In this document: positions 1 through 17,213 of the stretch, one piece after another
Position numbering within the stretch: position 1 is the stretch's first letter
Layout: each line of letters starts with the position of its first letter
NCBI GenBank assembly: GCA_002104945.1
Contig: MCFH01000044.1
Location: 62,001 to 126,000, forward strand
DNA from: Piromyces finnis finn
Taxonomy: Eukaryota > Fungi > Neocallimastigomycota
Direction: 5' to 3'
Length of the DNA stretch: 64,000 nucleotides
Translations under genes and position numbers: made by a program
The notes under the pieces: model-generated
The model's input: only the letters and a program-made list of their open reading frames with translations
Told to the model about the DNA's origin: nothing
Database searches by the model: none

Positions 1-1074
1 TTTAAATAAAAATGCTTACTATTCTTTTTAAATTTTCTTTGTAATATAATTTATAATATAAAAAATTTATTTACTTTAAAAAAAAGGAGTGAATTATAAT
101 TTTTTATTGTAATCTAATCTATTCAATAGTGTGGTTTATTTCAAGAGAAGAATAACTAACATAAATTATTTACTTAAAAAAAAGAAACATTAAGAAATAT
201 AATTATCAAAATTTTTAGTTTCTTTGATATTGCATAAGAATTATAATAATAATTATGGTTCATTAAAATAACATGGAATTTATGTAACCTTTAAAAATGT
301 ATAGAAAATAAAAATATAATTTTATTTTATTTTTTTTTTTAAAAAAAACATTATATTGTAAATAATTTCCTATATCTATATATTTTCTTATATATTTCCT
401 GTAATTTAGAATGTTAAATACGGATATTAATGGAAAATTGTTTACAATATTATGCTTTAAATTTAAAAAAAATGAAAAAATGATATTAATATTTTACTGA
501 TTTCATATAAAATAAAATTATATAGAATTGGAAATAAAACTTTTTAAGACTTTTTAAGAATTTTTTTCATGGTTAGATTATTTGAATATGTATTTAAATT
601 TTAATAATTTTCTAAAGTTAAATAGGATGGTATTATTTAAATAATCTTGTTAGTATTACTTCGAAATGGATAGAATTTAAAATATTTATTAAAATAAAGC
701 TTTTTAAAATTTAATTAAATTTTTAAAGAAAAATGTTTATTATTATGATGTTTTTTTTTTCATGTAAATTTTGTTTTTAATTTTGTTTTGTAATATCAAA
801 AAGATTTGTTATTTTAATAGTAGAGAAATATATTAATTTTTAATCTTAAAACCTTTATAACTTTAAAAAAGTTATTTTATTTTATTAATATTATTTTAAA
901 AAATGTAAAGGAAAACAAAAAAAACAAAAAAAAAAAAATAAAATAATCACATATCAAATAATAAAAGTATAAATTAATAGTATTCTTGAATAATGACTAA
1001 CTGAACAATAATACTATTATATAATAAATATTTAGAAGGAAATATATAATTCTTCTCATTAGGACTATGCCTTT

Positions 1075-1122
<48 letters not shown>

Positions 1123-2217
1123 AATAAATACCAACTATCGATTTCATTATTTAAAGGTAGATTTATTATTTTTTTTAATGTTATTTATTTATATTATAAA
1201 ACTTTAAAATTTTAAAATAAATTAAACAAATAAATTTCAAAATCAGAAATCACAAAATTTAAATTCAATATTATAATTTAATTATTGATTATGGAAATTA
1301 AAAACTAGTTTAAAGATTATTTAATCTATAACGAAACTTTGATTTGATATTTATTTTTAATATTTATTTATTTTGATATTATAGTTATTTTATATTTATG
1401 TGAAATACAATAATATTGGTAATTTGATAGTATATGAATGATAAAATAGGATAAACTGAGAAATATAAGATATAATTATTTAAACCCAAATAAAAAAATT
1501 ATAAATTATTAAATTGTATTGATTTTTAAATCTTTTAAGAATGTTTTAATATTAAAAGCTTTATTTTTTATAATTACTTTATATTAAGTTATATTAATGA
1601 TGTTGAATTATAATGATTAGAATTATTTTTATGTGTTTTTTGTTTTTTATTTAATGTGTAAATCTAAATAAATATATATTTTATTTTTGTTTTATTTTTA
1701 AATTTGATTTTTTTTGTTTGTTTATTTGTTAAGTTTACTACATTTAAAATATAATAATAATATTTAAATTTAACTTTTTAAAATTAACTATTTTTAAATT
1801 ATTTTATTTAATATTGAAATTTTTTATATGTTTTGTTTTAAATAAAACTTTTTTTTTCTTTTTATTTTTTTATTCTTCATTTTAAAATAAATTTTGAAAA
1901 TAGTAATATTTTGAAAAATATATTTTTGTTATAAAATATTTTATATTTTCCTTTTATTTTAATTTTTTTTTTTATTATTTCTTCTCTAAGTTTTTTTTTT
2001 TATTTCTTTTTTTATTTAATTAAATAATAATAATATATCTATCTTTTATTAAATTTAAAAAATTATTTAATATTTTTTTAAAGAAAAAAGAAAAAAAATA
2101 TATATTTATATAAAAAATTAATAAAAGAAATTAGAAAAATAAAAAAAAGATTAGAAGAATAGAGGAGAAAACGATAAAAAATTTTGTTTAATAATAAATA
2201 TATCAAAAAAGACTAAA

Positions 2218-5200
2218 ATGAAAAGAAGAAATATAATTAATTTGTAAATATTTAAATATTTATTTTAATATTTATTTATAAATAAGAAAAATATATTATA
2301 TAAATTTTGAAGTATGATTAATTATATTAACAAATTAATAATTTAAATTGTTTTTAATAATCCAATATAAAGGCTTTCTACTTTATGTGCATTATTAGCT
2401 ACTAAAGGAGTATCCGCAGATATTCCAAAATGTACAGAAAGTAGAGACAATAATGGAATTACATATAATATTGATAATCAAGGCTATAACTATTGTATAT
2501 ATAATAAAAAATTATGTAGTTTCTCAGATGTTCAAAGTTCAAGTACAACAGCACCAGCAGAATTAGATATTAAAGAGTCTGGTTTATATTTTTTAAAAAA
2601 AGGAAATGATTATCAAGAAATAAGTGGTAGTGATGATACCGAATCAGTTTCCGCAGAGTTAATTTCTGTTGTTGCTGAAAGTTCCAAACAAAAAGAAGTT
2701 ACTGTTCAAACTATATCAAAGGGTCATTATATAAATTATAATAAAGAAATTATTTACTGTACTGATGGAAAAAGCTGTGTAGTTAAGAATCCAACAGGAC
2801 AAAATGCATTATTCTTTATACAAAATCCAATTTCAGGAAAGGGTTTAATTAAATGGGAAAATGAGGCTGAAAATTATGATATAACAGATGGATATTATTT
2901 AAATGGTTCTGGAACATCTCCATTAATTCTTTGTAAAAACAAGGAATGTAAAGAAGTTAGTGCAACTGCATACAATGTATATCTTGATGCATCTGACAAT
3001 AGTTCCCAAAACCTTATTACATGTAGTGCCGATACTACTGATCCATCTAAAGTTGTTTGTACAAGTGAAAGAGGAGAAGAAGGTGCTAGTTATATTAACA
3101 GTAGTGAAATTGACAAAGCAACAAAACCATTAATTCAATGCATTAGAAGTAAATGTAAAACTGTTGAAGTTACTGAATCTAGTGTATATTATGAAGATAA
3201 GAAGGATCAATCTAAAATTATTCAATGTACTTCAGCTCCAAAATGTACAAAGATTTCTGGAACAGTTGGTGATATTTATGTTGGTAAAAGAGGTGATGGT
3301 GAAACTGATGCCATTATTAAGTGTGTTAATGCTGGTACAGAAAGCGTCGTTGTCAAATGTACAATGGATACAAATCCAGCTAAAGATGGTTATTATTTAA
3401 ACACTGGCTCTGATTCATCCAATAATCAAGTCATTGCTTGTGATGATGGATGTAAATCTCTTAAAGTCAATCCAGGATACTACAAGAATGCCAATTCTAG
3501 TGAAAGTGATGGAAGTGATGAATATATTGAATGTAACAATGAATGTAAGATCGCAAAAGCTACTAGTATTAAACAATGTCCAACAGATTTAAGTGCTGTT
3601 TCTATTTCTGAAGCTTGTGTTAGCAAGTCATCTACAAATGAATACACCTTAAAATTATTATATAAGAATACCAATGTTACTGAATATACTTATAACACAT
3701 CTGATTTATACTTCCACACCAGCATTAGTTCTTTCCCAAGTATTTCTAGTGGAAATGGTGTTACCACTCTTTTCAGACTTTCAAAGTATGGTATTGAACG
3801 TTATATTGCCAGTGGTGTTATTTCTGTCAATCCAAGTTCTAATCAATTAGTTACTGATGTCAATAGTAATGTAATTGGAACTGATGTTAACTTATATGAT
3901 TGTAGTAGTTCAACTAAGATTTGTAATAAGCGTTCTTCTTGTCAAGCTAACTCTTACATGTATGATGCTGAAAATAAAAAGGCAATTTACTGTGATAAAG
4001 ATGAAAAATTAACTGATGTTAGTAGTACCAGTGGATATTACATTGATTCAGCAACTGTCATCAGTAATAGAACCCCATACATTATTTCATGTGAAGGTAG
4101 TACTTGTACTCATCTTTTACCAACTGTCGCTTCTTACTTTGTAAATTCAGGAAATGATAATGATACTAAAGCTTTAATTTACTGTAATGGAAGTACATGT
4201 ATCACTACTACTGCTTCAACCGGTAATTATATTGGAAACCAACAAGCTGGTATTATTACTTGTACCTCACAAACCAACTGTGTTTACAAGGATGCTTCAT
4301 CTACTGGTAACGATTCCAATTACATTAATTCTGGATCAAATAAAGCATCCTTTGCTTTAATTGGTTGTACTAAGAAGGGATGTGTTCCAAAGGCTGCCAA
4401 TACTGGTTACTATTTCTCTGATAATGTTTCTTCTCTTATTAACTGTGAAAGTAACAATATTTGTAATTTAATCAATCCAACTGTTAATTACTATTACTAT
4501 GCTGATACTTCTGATACTGGTAAGAACTATATTATTAACTGTTCTAAGATCTCTGCTTCTATTGTTTGTGCTAAGGAAGTTGCTGATATTGGAAGTTACA
4601 TTACTAGTCAATCAAACCGTTTAATTACTTGTTCTGCTAATGGAGGTTGTAAGCAAGAAATTGCCAAACCAGGTTACTATCAATCAGCTGTTAAGATTAC
4701 CATTAACACCCCAAGAGACCTCTCAAGTGTTGGTTCTGAAAGTGAATTAGTTAGTGACATTACTTCTAGAGATTCTACTACTACTTATAATATTATTGAA
4801 TGTTCTAATACTAACTGTGAACTCTTAACTGCCGAAGAATTATCTAACATTCCAATTTGTGAATATAATACTGACAAGTGTTACATTACTCTTGCATATG
4901 CCTTAGGAAAATCTACTGTTAACACTATTTCTGCTGGTGGTATCTGTACTAATGCTGACCGTTCAACTTTCTACTTTGCCACTGATACTATTGTTGTCGC
5001 TCCAAATGTTATTGATGGTAGTACCTCAACTTATGTTTACACTACTACTACTACTAACTGTATTGTTGTTAGCAAGAAATATGCTGACTTATACTATACC
5101 GTTGGTTCAGATATTTACCGTTTAAATGATGGTTCTGTCAGTCGTTTCTACGATTCTGGTAACTACTTTGTTAATGTTGAAAAGAATACTTTAATTAATG

Positions 5201-6579
5201 GAAACAACGCTGATAATTACAATAATGAAAATGTAAAACTTTACCAATGTAACGGAACTGCATGTAGAATCTTAGATAATCCAGAAAACAATACCTACTA
5301 TGCTGATGTCAACAAAAGAATTCTTAAGTTCAATGTTAATAGTGATTCATACTCATTTGCATATGAAAAAGATATTATTTGTATCTTCTCCAATAACAAA
5401 TGTACTCCAAATGCTGACTTAAATGGAAGAGAATTCTGTATTACTTACAAGGGTGAAATCGCTTTAGCTGCTCATGATATTAAGAACCGTGAAACTGGTG
5501 AATGTTACAAAGCTTCAAGTATTAGCAATTATATATATGGATACAACCAATACTTATACAAAATGAATCTTTACTCCGCAACTATTATTGATGAAAATGG
5601 TTACAATATTGTTAGTCTTTCAACTAATAACACTATTAGTACTAAGGATTACAAGAACAGACTTCTTTCTGGTAATTCTATCAAGATTTACGGATGTCAT
5701 TCTTCAACTTGTAAGGTTTATGAACCAGAAGAAGGTGTCTATTACTATGATGGTGCTGCCAAGACTATTATTAAGAAGGATACCAATGGTTGGGTTTCTC
5801 CATCTACTTCAGGTTATGCTTTAGTTTCTGTTAATCCAGGAGAAAAGTACATTTACCAATTCAAGACTGAACTTGATGCTGTTACTTTAATATCAAAGGC
5901 TACTACTGGTTATTACTATACCGTTGATAATGAAATGTATGATTGTAATGATAGTGACAAGGCCTGTGTTTTAATTACCGAAACTGATTACTACTTTACT
6001 AACACTGATGAAATTTACTACTGTGTTTACGATTCTGAAAATTTAGAAAAGACTGAATGTACTAAGCAATCTTGCTACATTGGTCAAAACTATTACATTA
6101 GTGGAAACTACTACAGATGTGAAGCCGGTTCATACCTTACTCCAATCAAATCTAGATACTGTAAATATGATGAAAATGTTATTGTAAACTTCCCAACCAT
6201 CTTAAAGGAAGAATTCCCAAATAGCATTAAGCAAGCAATTGAAAACATTGAAAAGAATAATAATTCAACTGCTGTCGCTGCTAGATCAAACAAGAAGTAC
6301 TTATCTGTTGTTCCAGCTATTTTCACTAACTGTACTTACAATGTTGAAGAAACCGAAGCTTCATATGATTTCGTTTGTCTTAACAACTTTGTTGCTGTTA
6401 ATGAAGAAGATGATTCTCTTGAAATTTGTTCTATTGAAAACCTTGGTTACGTTGAATGTGTTGACGATGAATCTAATCCAGAAAAATGTAATCCAAGTTC
6501 AGCCTTTTCAAGAGTTGTATTTAACTTCTTTACTATAGCAGTTACTATTTTTGCTTCATTATATGTAATGCTTTTCTAA
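2218..6579 (+). CDS. Scaffoldin-like Cys-rich secreted/surface protein of anaerobic fungi, ~1410 aa; exons 2218-2243 and 2373-6579
   Basis: ATG at 2218, GT donor at 2244 and AG acceptor at 2371-2372 give the signal peptide MKRRNIINLLSTLCALLATKGVSA. I translated 2374-3363 by hand: it is open and in frame with ORF 3364-6579. Many GYY-x(n)-[LI]IxC-x(3-5)-C repeats and a hydrophobic C-terminus (SSAFSRVVFNFFTIAVTIFASLYVMLF) match the signal + repeats + membrane anchor layout described for Neocallimastigomycota scaffoldins. Confidence 0.8.
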
Positions 6580-7912
6580 AAGTAGTATTCTTTATATAAT
6601 GAAAAATATAATGCAAAATACAAACGCTATTACAAAAAAGAAAATATAACATAAAATACATTATTTAATGATTAAAAGGAAAAAATATTATTATTATTTT
6701 TAATATTTAGAAATATAGAAAATGATATTTTTTACTTTATTTTTTTTTTTTTAAATTATACTTGTAAATTTATGAAATTTTATGTAATCAAAATCATTTT
6801 ATTTTTATAACATTTACTCATACATTATAAGGCATTATTTTTTTAATGAATACTTGCAATTTTTCAATTCAATTCAATATAAAAATTCATAATTTCAATT
6901 AATTTTTTTAGCATATTTTATTTATATAGTAACTACATATTTTTTATTTATGTAATAAAAATCGTACTTTTGAAAATTATAAATAAAAAAATTAAAAAAA
7001 ATTAGAAAAAATAATATATATATTAATTTTTAATTATCATTATTATTATTATTTCTCTTTGTATAGTTTTTTACACTATTTCAAAATAAAAAAGATGGAT
7101 AGTATTTGTAATAATTATAATAATTAATTTTGGATAATGATAGTTTGTCTTAATAATAATAGTAATATGTTAGAAATAATTATATTTGAAGCTATAATAT
7201 ATGAAAGAAATTATTCTTGAAGTTATTTTAGTTTATATAATCTCGTTAGTAATAGTTCTAATATTAATACATATAATTATAGTGTATTTTCTAAAGGATG
7301 AATTTTTAATAATAACAATTCAAGGGAATAGAAAGAACTTTATATATGTTAAATTATATTAGGTACTTGCTTAGGAAGAATCTCCATTTTTTACGACAAA
7401 TTCTAAAACTTCTTATATTTAAGAAGATAAACTTTAAAACCAATATAGAAGAATAAGTAGTCTTTTCAAATGCCAACTAAAACTGGCATATATTGCGAGA
7501 TTTAATTTTTAATAACACATATTTATTATTATTATTTTTTTTGTTTAAGAGGATTTAGCAAATAATTGTTAATATTTAAAAGATTTAAAAAACACTTATT
7601 TTATAAATTAGCTTATATATCATGCTTATTACAGTTAAGATAAAAATAAAAATTTAAATTATGCAATACTTTTTAATTTTTATTCTTTTTATTTTTATTT
7701 TTTTTCTTATTTTTGCCGTTTTAAAATTTTACCAATTTCATTAATTAATTTTATTTATTTAGTATTAAATTATTTGATTGAATAATAGATGATTATTGTA
7801 TGATAAAATTGATATATTATATTGTAATTATTACTATATTATTATACGACAACAACAGTAACATAAGTTGTATTATATCTTATTTTTTTTTTATCAAATT
7901 ACTTTATTTATC

Positions 7913-9240
<1,328 letters not shown>

Positions 9241-9770
9241 TGTTTATATTGATACTCTTTTTAAAAGAAATTAAAATTAATTTTCAATTATTTATTAGTT
9301 ATTTAATATTTTTTAAATTCTTGTTATTTTGGTTAAGATAGTTTGTCTATATATAAATAAATGAAAATAATAGCAAAGGAAATGTTAATATTATTAAAAA
9401 TGTATTATATTATTTATATTACATATATCGTTAATATTTATTTTATTATTTCATTATTTCATTATATAATTTATATTTAGTTTAAATTTTGAAATGTATG
9501 ATTTATATTTAGACAATATTTTATAATAATTATATATATATTTGTATTTTTATATTAGCAAATATTATTAAAGTTAATATATATACCTTTTTCTTAAATA
9601 TAGACAGGTTATTGAATATATTGAATATGAAAAAAAAAAGTATTATATTTATTTTTCTTTTTTTTTTTTATATATATATATATATTTTTTAATTTTCTAT
9701 TGTTATTTTAAATTTAAAGTATAAACAAAATTTTTATTTTTATTTATATGGATATTATAAACTTCACCAG

Positions 9771-9778
9771 ATCACGTG
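9771..9778. promoter_or_regulatory. Candidate bHLH E-box / Cbf1-type site ATCACGTG in the UBC1 / F-box divergent intergenic region
   Basis: Exact RTCACGTG inside a short GC-containing patch (cttcaccagatcacgtgtgctacac) in otherwise almost purely A/T DNA. Function is not demonstrated. Confidence 0.3.
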
Positions 9779-10499
9779 TGCTACACACTATTTTATTTAT
9801 TTGAAAATATATTTAAAATTTATTAATTAATATAACTTTTATTCTTTCTTTTAAGTTAAAAAAAGACTCTATTTTATTTAAATTAATGGTCTATTCTCAA
9901 AGTATTAAAAAAGTTCTTAATTAAGCTTTAATAAAATATATAATTATTATTAAAGGACATAATTACTATTAATATAAGTTGTATAAATTGTCAAAAGGTA
10001 TTTTTATTTTATTAATATTATAAGAAAAATTTTCAAAAGGTTATAAAATCATAATATAATTTTGATAGATAAAAATGACCAATTTCAAATAAAAAATATA
10101 AATAAGGAAATGTTTTGTTTTTGTAAAAAATAAAATTAAAATAAATGTATTTATTATTACTATTATATAATCAATTTACATTTATAAGTAAATTAATAAA
10201 TTTTTAAGAAATATAGTAATGTTCAATTTTTGCAAATGTATAAAATAACAAATGAACTGTTGAATGTATATATATTACAATAGAATTTTGTGTCAATAAT
10301 CAATAATATGCATATAATATAAATGGAGAAGTCATTTTTTATTTACTGAAAATTTTAGTATTTTTTTATTTATAAATATTAAAATTTTAAAATAAAAAAC
10401 TTTTTTTTAAGTAATGATGTACTCATTTCATTAAATATTAATAATACAATAACTATAATTGTTAAAATAGATTTTAAATAATTAAAAATTTTATACGAG

Positions 10500-10537
<38 letters not shown>

Positions 10538-10556
10538 GCAAATTAATGTTAGAAAA

Positions 10557-11570
10557 ATGGAATTTGAGAGTATGGAAAAGTTTAATAATTTACCTAAAGA
10601 ATTAAAAATTCGTATACTATCTTTTCTACCACATGAAAGTTTATTTTCATTTAAAGCTTTAAACAGAGAATATAGAGATCTAATTACTAATACTGGATTT
10701 CAAACAAATCTGATTTTTAATTCCTATCAAGAATTTATTGATAAATTTCCTGATGCTTTATTAAACTTTATAAAAGCTGCTTCAGAATGTCCTTTAGGAT
10801 ATACTTATTCTTATCTTTCTTTACGTGGACACCCTGAAAATATTATTGTTTTACGTGCAGAATTAAGTCAAATGGAAGGAATTAATACTAATATGAGGAT
10901 TTATATTAAGACAAAGGCTGCTTATATATCTGAACAATACCAAGATGTTGATTTAACAAATTTAAATAAGAACCTTGAATTATCAAACTCTTATCAAATG
11001 TTAAAGAAAATATTACTAGAAAACCCTGATTTTAATCGTCTTCTAAAAAATATTAAAGTTTGTAAAAAATTAGTTGTAAGAGAAAAGGATGAAATACATC
11101 CTATGGCTGATATTGATCATATACCAGGTCCAGAAATTATTGAACTTTTTGCAGTATCTCCATTATTTTCAAGAGATATTAATATTAATAATATCAATAA
11201 TTTCATAAACAATAATGTAATTGATTATGAGAGCCTTAATAGTCATTATACCACAGCTCCAATGAGAACAATACTTTTAAATGTAGATAAAGGATTGCCT
11301 ATTCTTCATGGTTATTTATCAAGTGGATTAGTATTAGAATTACATAATATGGTTTTTCCAATAATTGAAACCTATGAATATTGTTCAAGTGGAAAAGAAC
11401 ATATAAAGCCAACAATTAAAAGAACAATTCGATTACAACCACTTAAGCAAATTGACTATTTTAGTATTGTTAATATTAAATCATTATCATCAGATTTAAA
11501 TAAGAAAAGAATATGTGAATTAAAAACATTTATTCAGGAATTATTTTGTTATATATGTACTTTTAATTAA
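10557..11570 (+). CDS. F-box domain protein with uncharacterised C-terminal region, single exon, 337 aa
   Basis: The N-terminus FNNLPKELKIRILSFLPHESLFSFKALNREYRDLI fits the F-box consensus (LPxE...IxSxL...L...). The ORF is long and open, with coding-like composition in AT-rich surroundings. Confidence 0.7.
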   Translation: MEFESMEKFNNLPKELKIRILSFLPHESLFSFKALNREYRDLITNTGFQTNLIFNSYQEFIDKFPDALLNFIKAASECPLGYTYSYLSLRGHPENIIVLRAELSQMEGINTNMRIYIKTKAAYISEQYQDVDLTNLNKNLELSNSYQMLKKILLENPDFNRLLKNIKVCKKLVVREKDEIHPMADIDHIPGPEIIELFAVSPLFSRDININNINNFINNNVIDYESLNSHYTTAPMRTILLNVDKGLPILHGYLSSGLVLELHNMVFPIIETYEYCSSGKEHIKPTIKRTIRLQPLKQIDYFSIVNIKSLSSDLNKKRICELKTFIQELFCYICTFN

Positions 11571-12005
11571 TGTTTTTATGATTTTCTTTTTTATTTAATA
11601 AAAATTTCAATATAAAATCTTTTTCTTTTACTAAAAAACATTATTGATAGGTAATAGAATTTCATGTAAATAAATTATAATAAATTATGTATTACATATA
11701 AAATATATATATTATTTTTATTTTTATTTTATGAATTTATGAAATAATGAAATAAATATTACATAATATAAATTGTATATTACAATAATGTTTAGAATTT
11801 GAATAGTAATAGTAATACAATAATTACTCTTATTACTTATTTATTAACCTTTATTATTATTATTATTATTTTTATTATAATTGAATTTGTTACTATTATT
11901 TTTTTTATATCTCATGTCATTTTTATCATTAATTTACCAATAAAATATTTAATCATTTTGATGATCATAATTATTATTCATTTTTTTTTAAAAATTATAT
12001 TAATC

Positions 12006-16165
<4,160 letters not shown>

Positions 16166-16378
16166 TGTGTTATTTGTTATTGGAATAAATCAATTAATTA
16201 ATAAAGAAATTTTGCCTTTTTTTTTTTTTAAACAATGTTTAATATGTCTATAAAACTAATTTTTTAAAAATAGAAAATAAATTGGTATTATATTTGTGTT
16301 TTTGTTCCTAAAGAGATGTATATATATTTTCAAGGTATTATTTAACAGGAACAAAAAAAATAATATTAATAGTAAAGT

Positions 16379-16413
<35 letters not shown>

Positions 16414-16687
16414 ATTATACTTATAAAACATATAATTGTTTTATAATTTATATATTAAATTATTAAAAGAAATAAATCCCTTCAAATAAATTAAATTTTT
16501 ATTATTTTATTTTTTTTTATATTTCCTCTAATAATACAAAGGAATTAAGAGGTAAATTTTATAAGAAATTTAATTTATAAATATTATTTAAAGTATTTAT
16601 AATATCAAAATGCGTATATCCATTATTTTTATTATTATATTAATTGTTGTTATTATTATCAATAATATTTTTATTATTTTATTATAG

Positions 16688-16721
<34 letters not shown>

Positions 16722-17213
16722 GAAAATATAAAAGAAGAAATGAAAAACTTTAATTATATTTAAAAAACAATTGAATTAATTTTCAAAAATTCAAAGAAAT
16801 TAAATTAAATTAGTGTTAAATTAAAACAATTTTATCTAATTTGGTTTCTTTATATAATTTTATTATTTTATATAAATATATTTTCTTTTTTTACAAATAA
16901 TTATTTAAAATTTTATAAGATTTTAAAATATATATAATATTCATAATTCTTTTTAAACTATATAATGTATATGCTGAAAGATAATAGAAGTATTAAATAA
17001 GTATTTATATTTATAAATTAATATTAATCATATGAAATTTCTGATATATGGTGTTATCATTTGATAATGGAAATAAAGGCAATAATTAAAAGATATTTTC
17101 ATTTATTATAATATTAGTTATTATATTTTTAAATTTTTTTTATTAACTATTTCTTTCTGAAGAAATAATTGAACTACTTTTTGAAGATAATTTTTTCATG
17201 TATACTATTATTA

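Noticed and set aside
1-2217. Long gene-free AT-rich stretches (also 33340-37740 and 54350-56838) as possible RNA genes
   Set aside because: No tRNA cloverleaf, rRNA or snRNA-like GC-structured segment is visible; a covariance-model scan would be needed to exclude short ncRNAs.
10502-10534. Long poly(A) tract next to the intronless F-box gene as evidence of retroposition
   Set aside because: It lies upstream of the ORF, not downstream, and comparable poly(A)/poly(T) tracts occur throughout the intergenic DNA.
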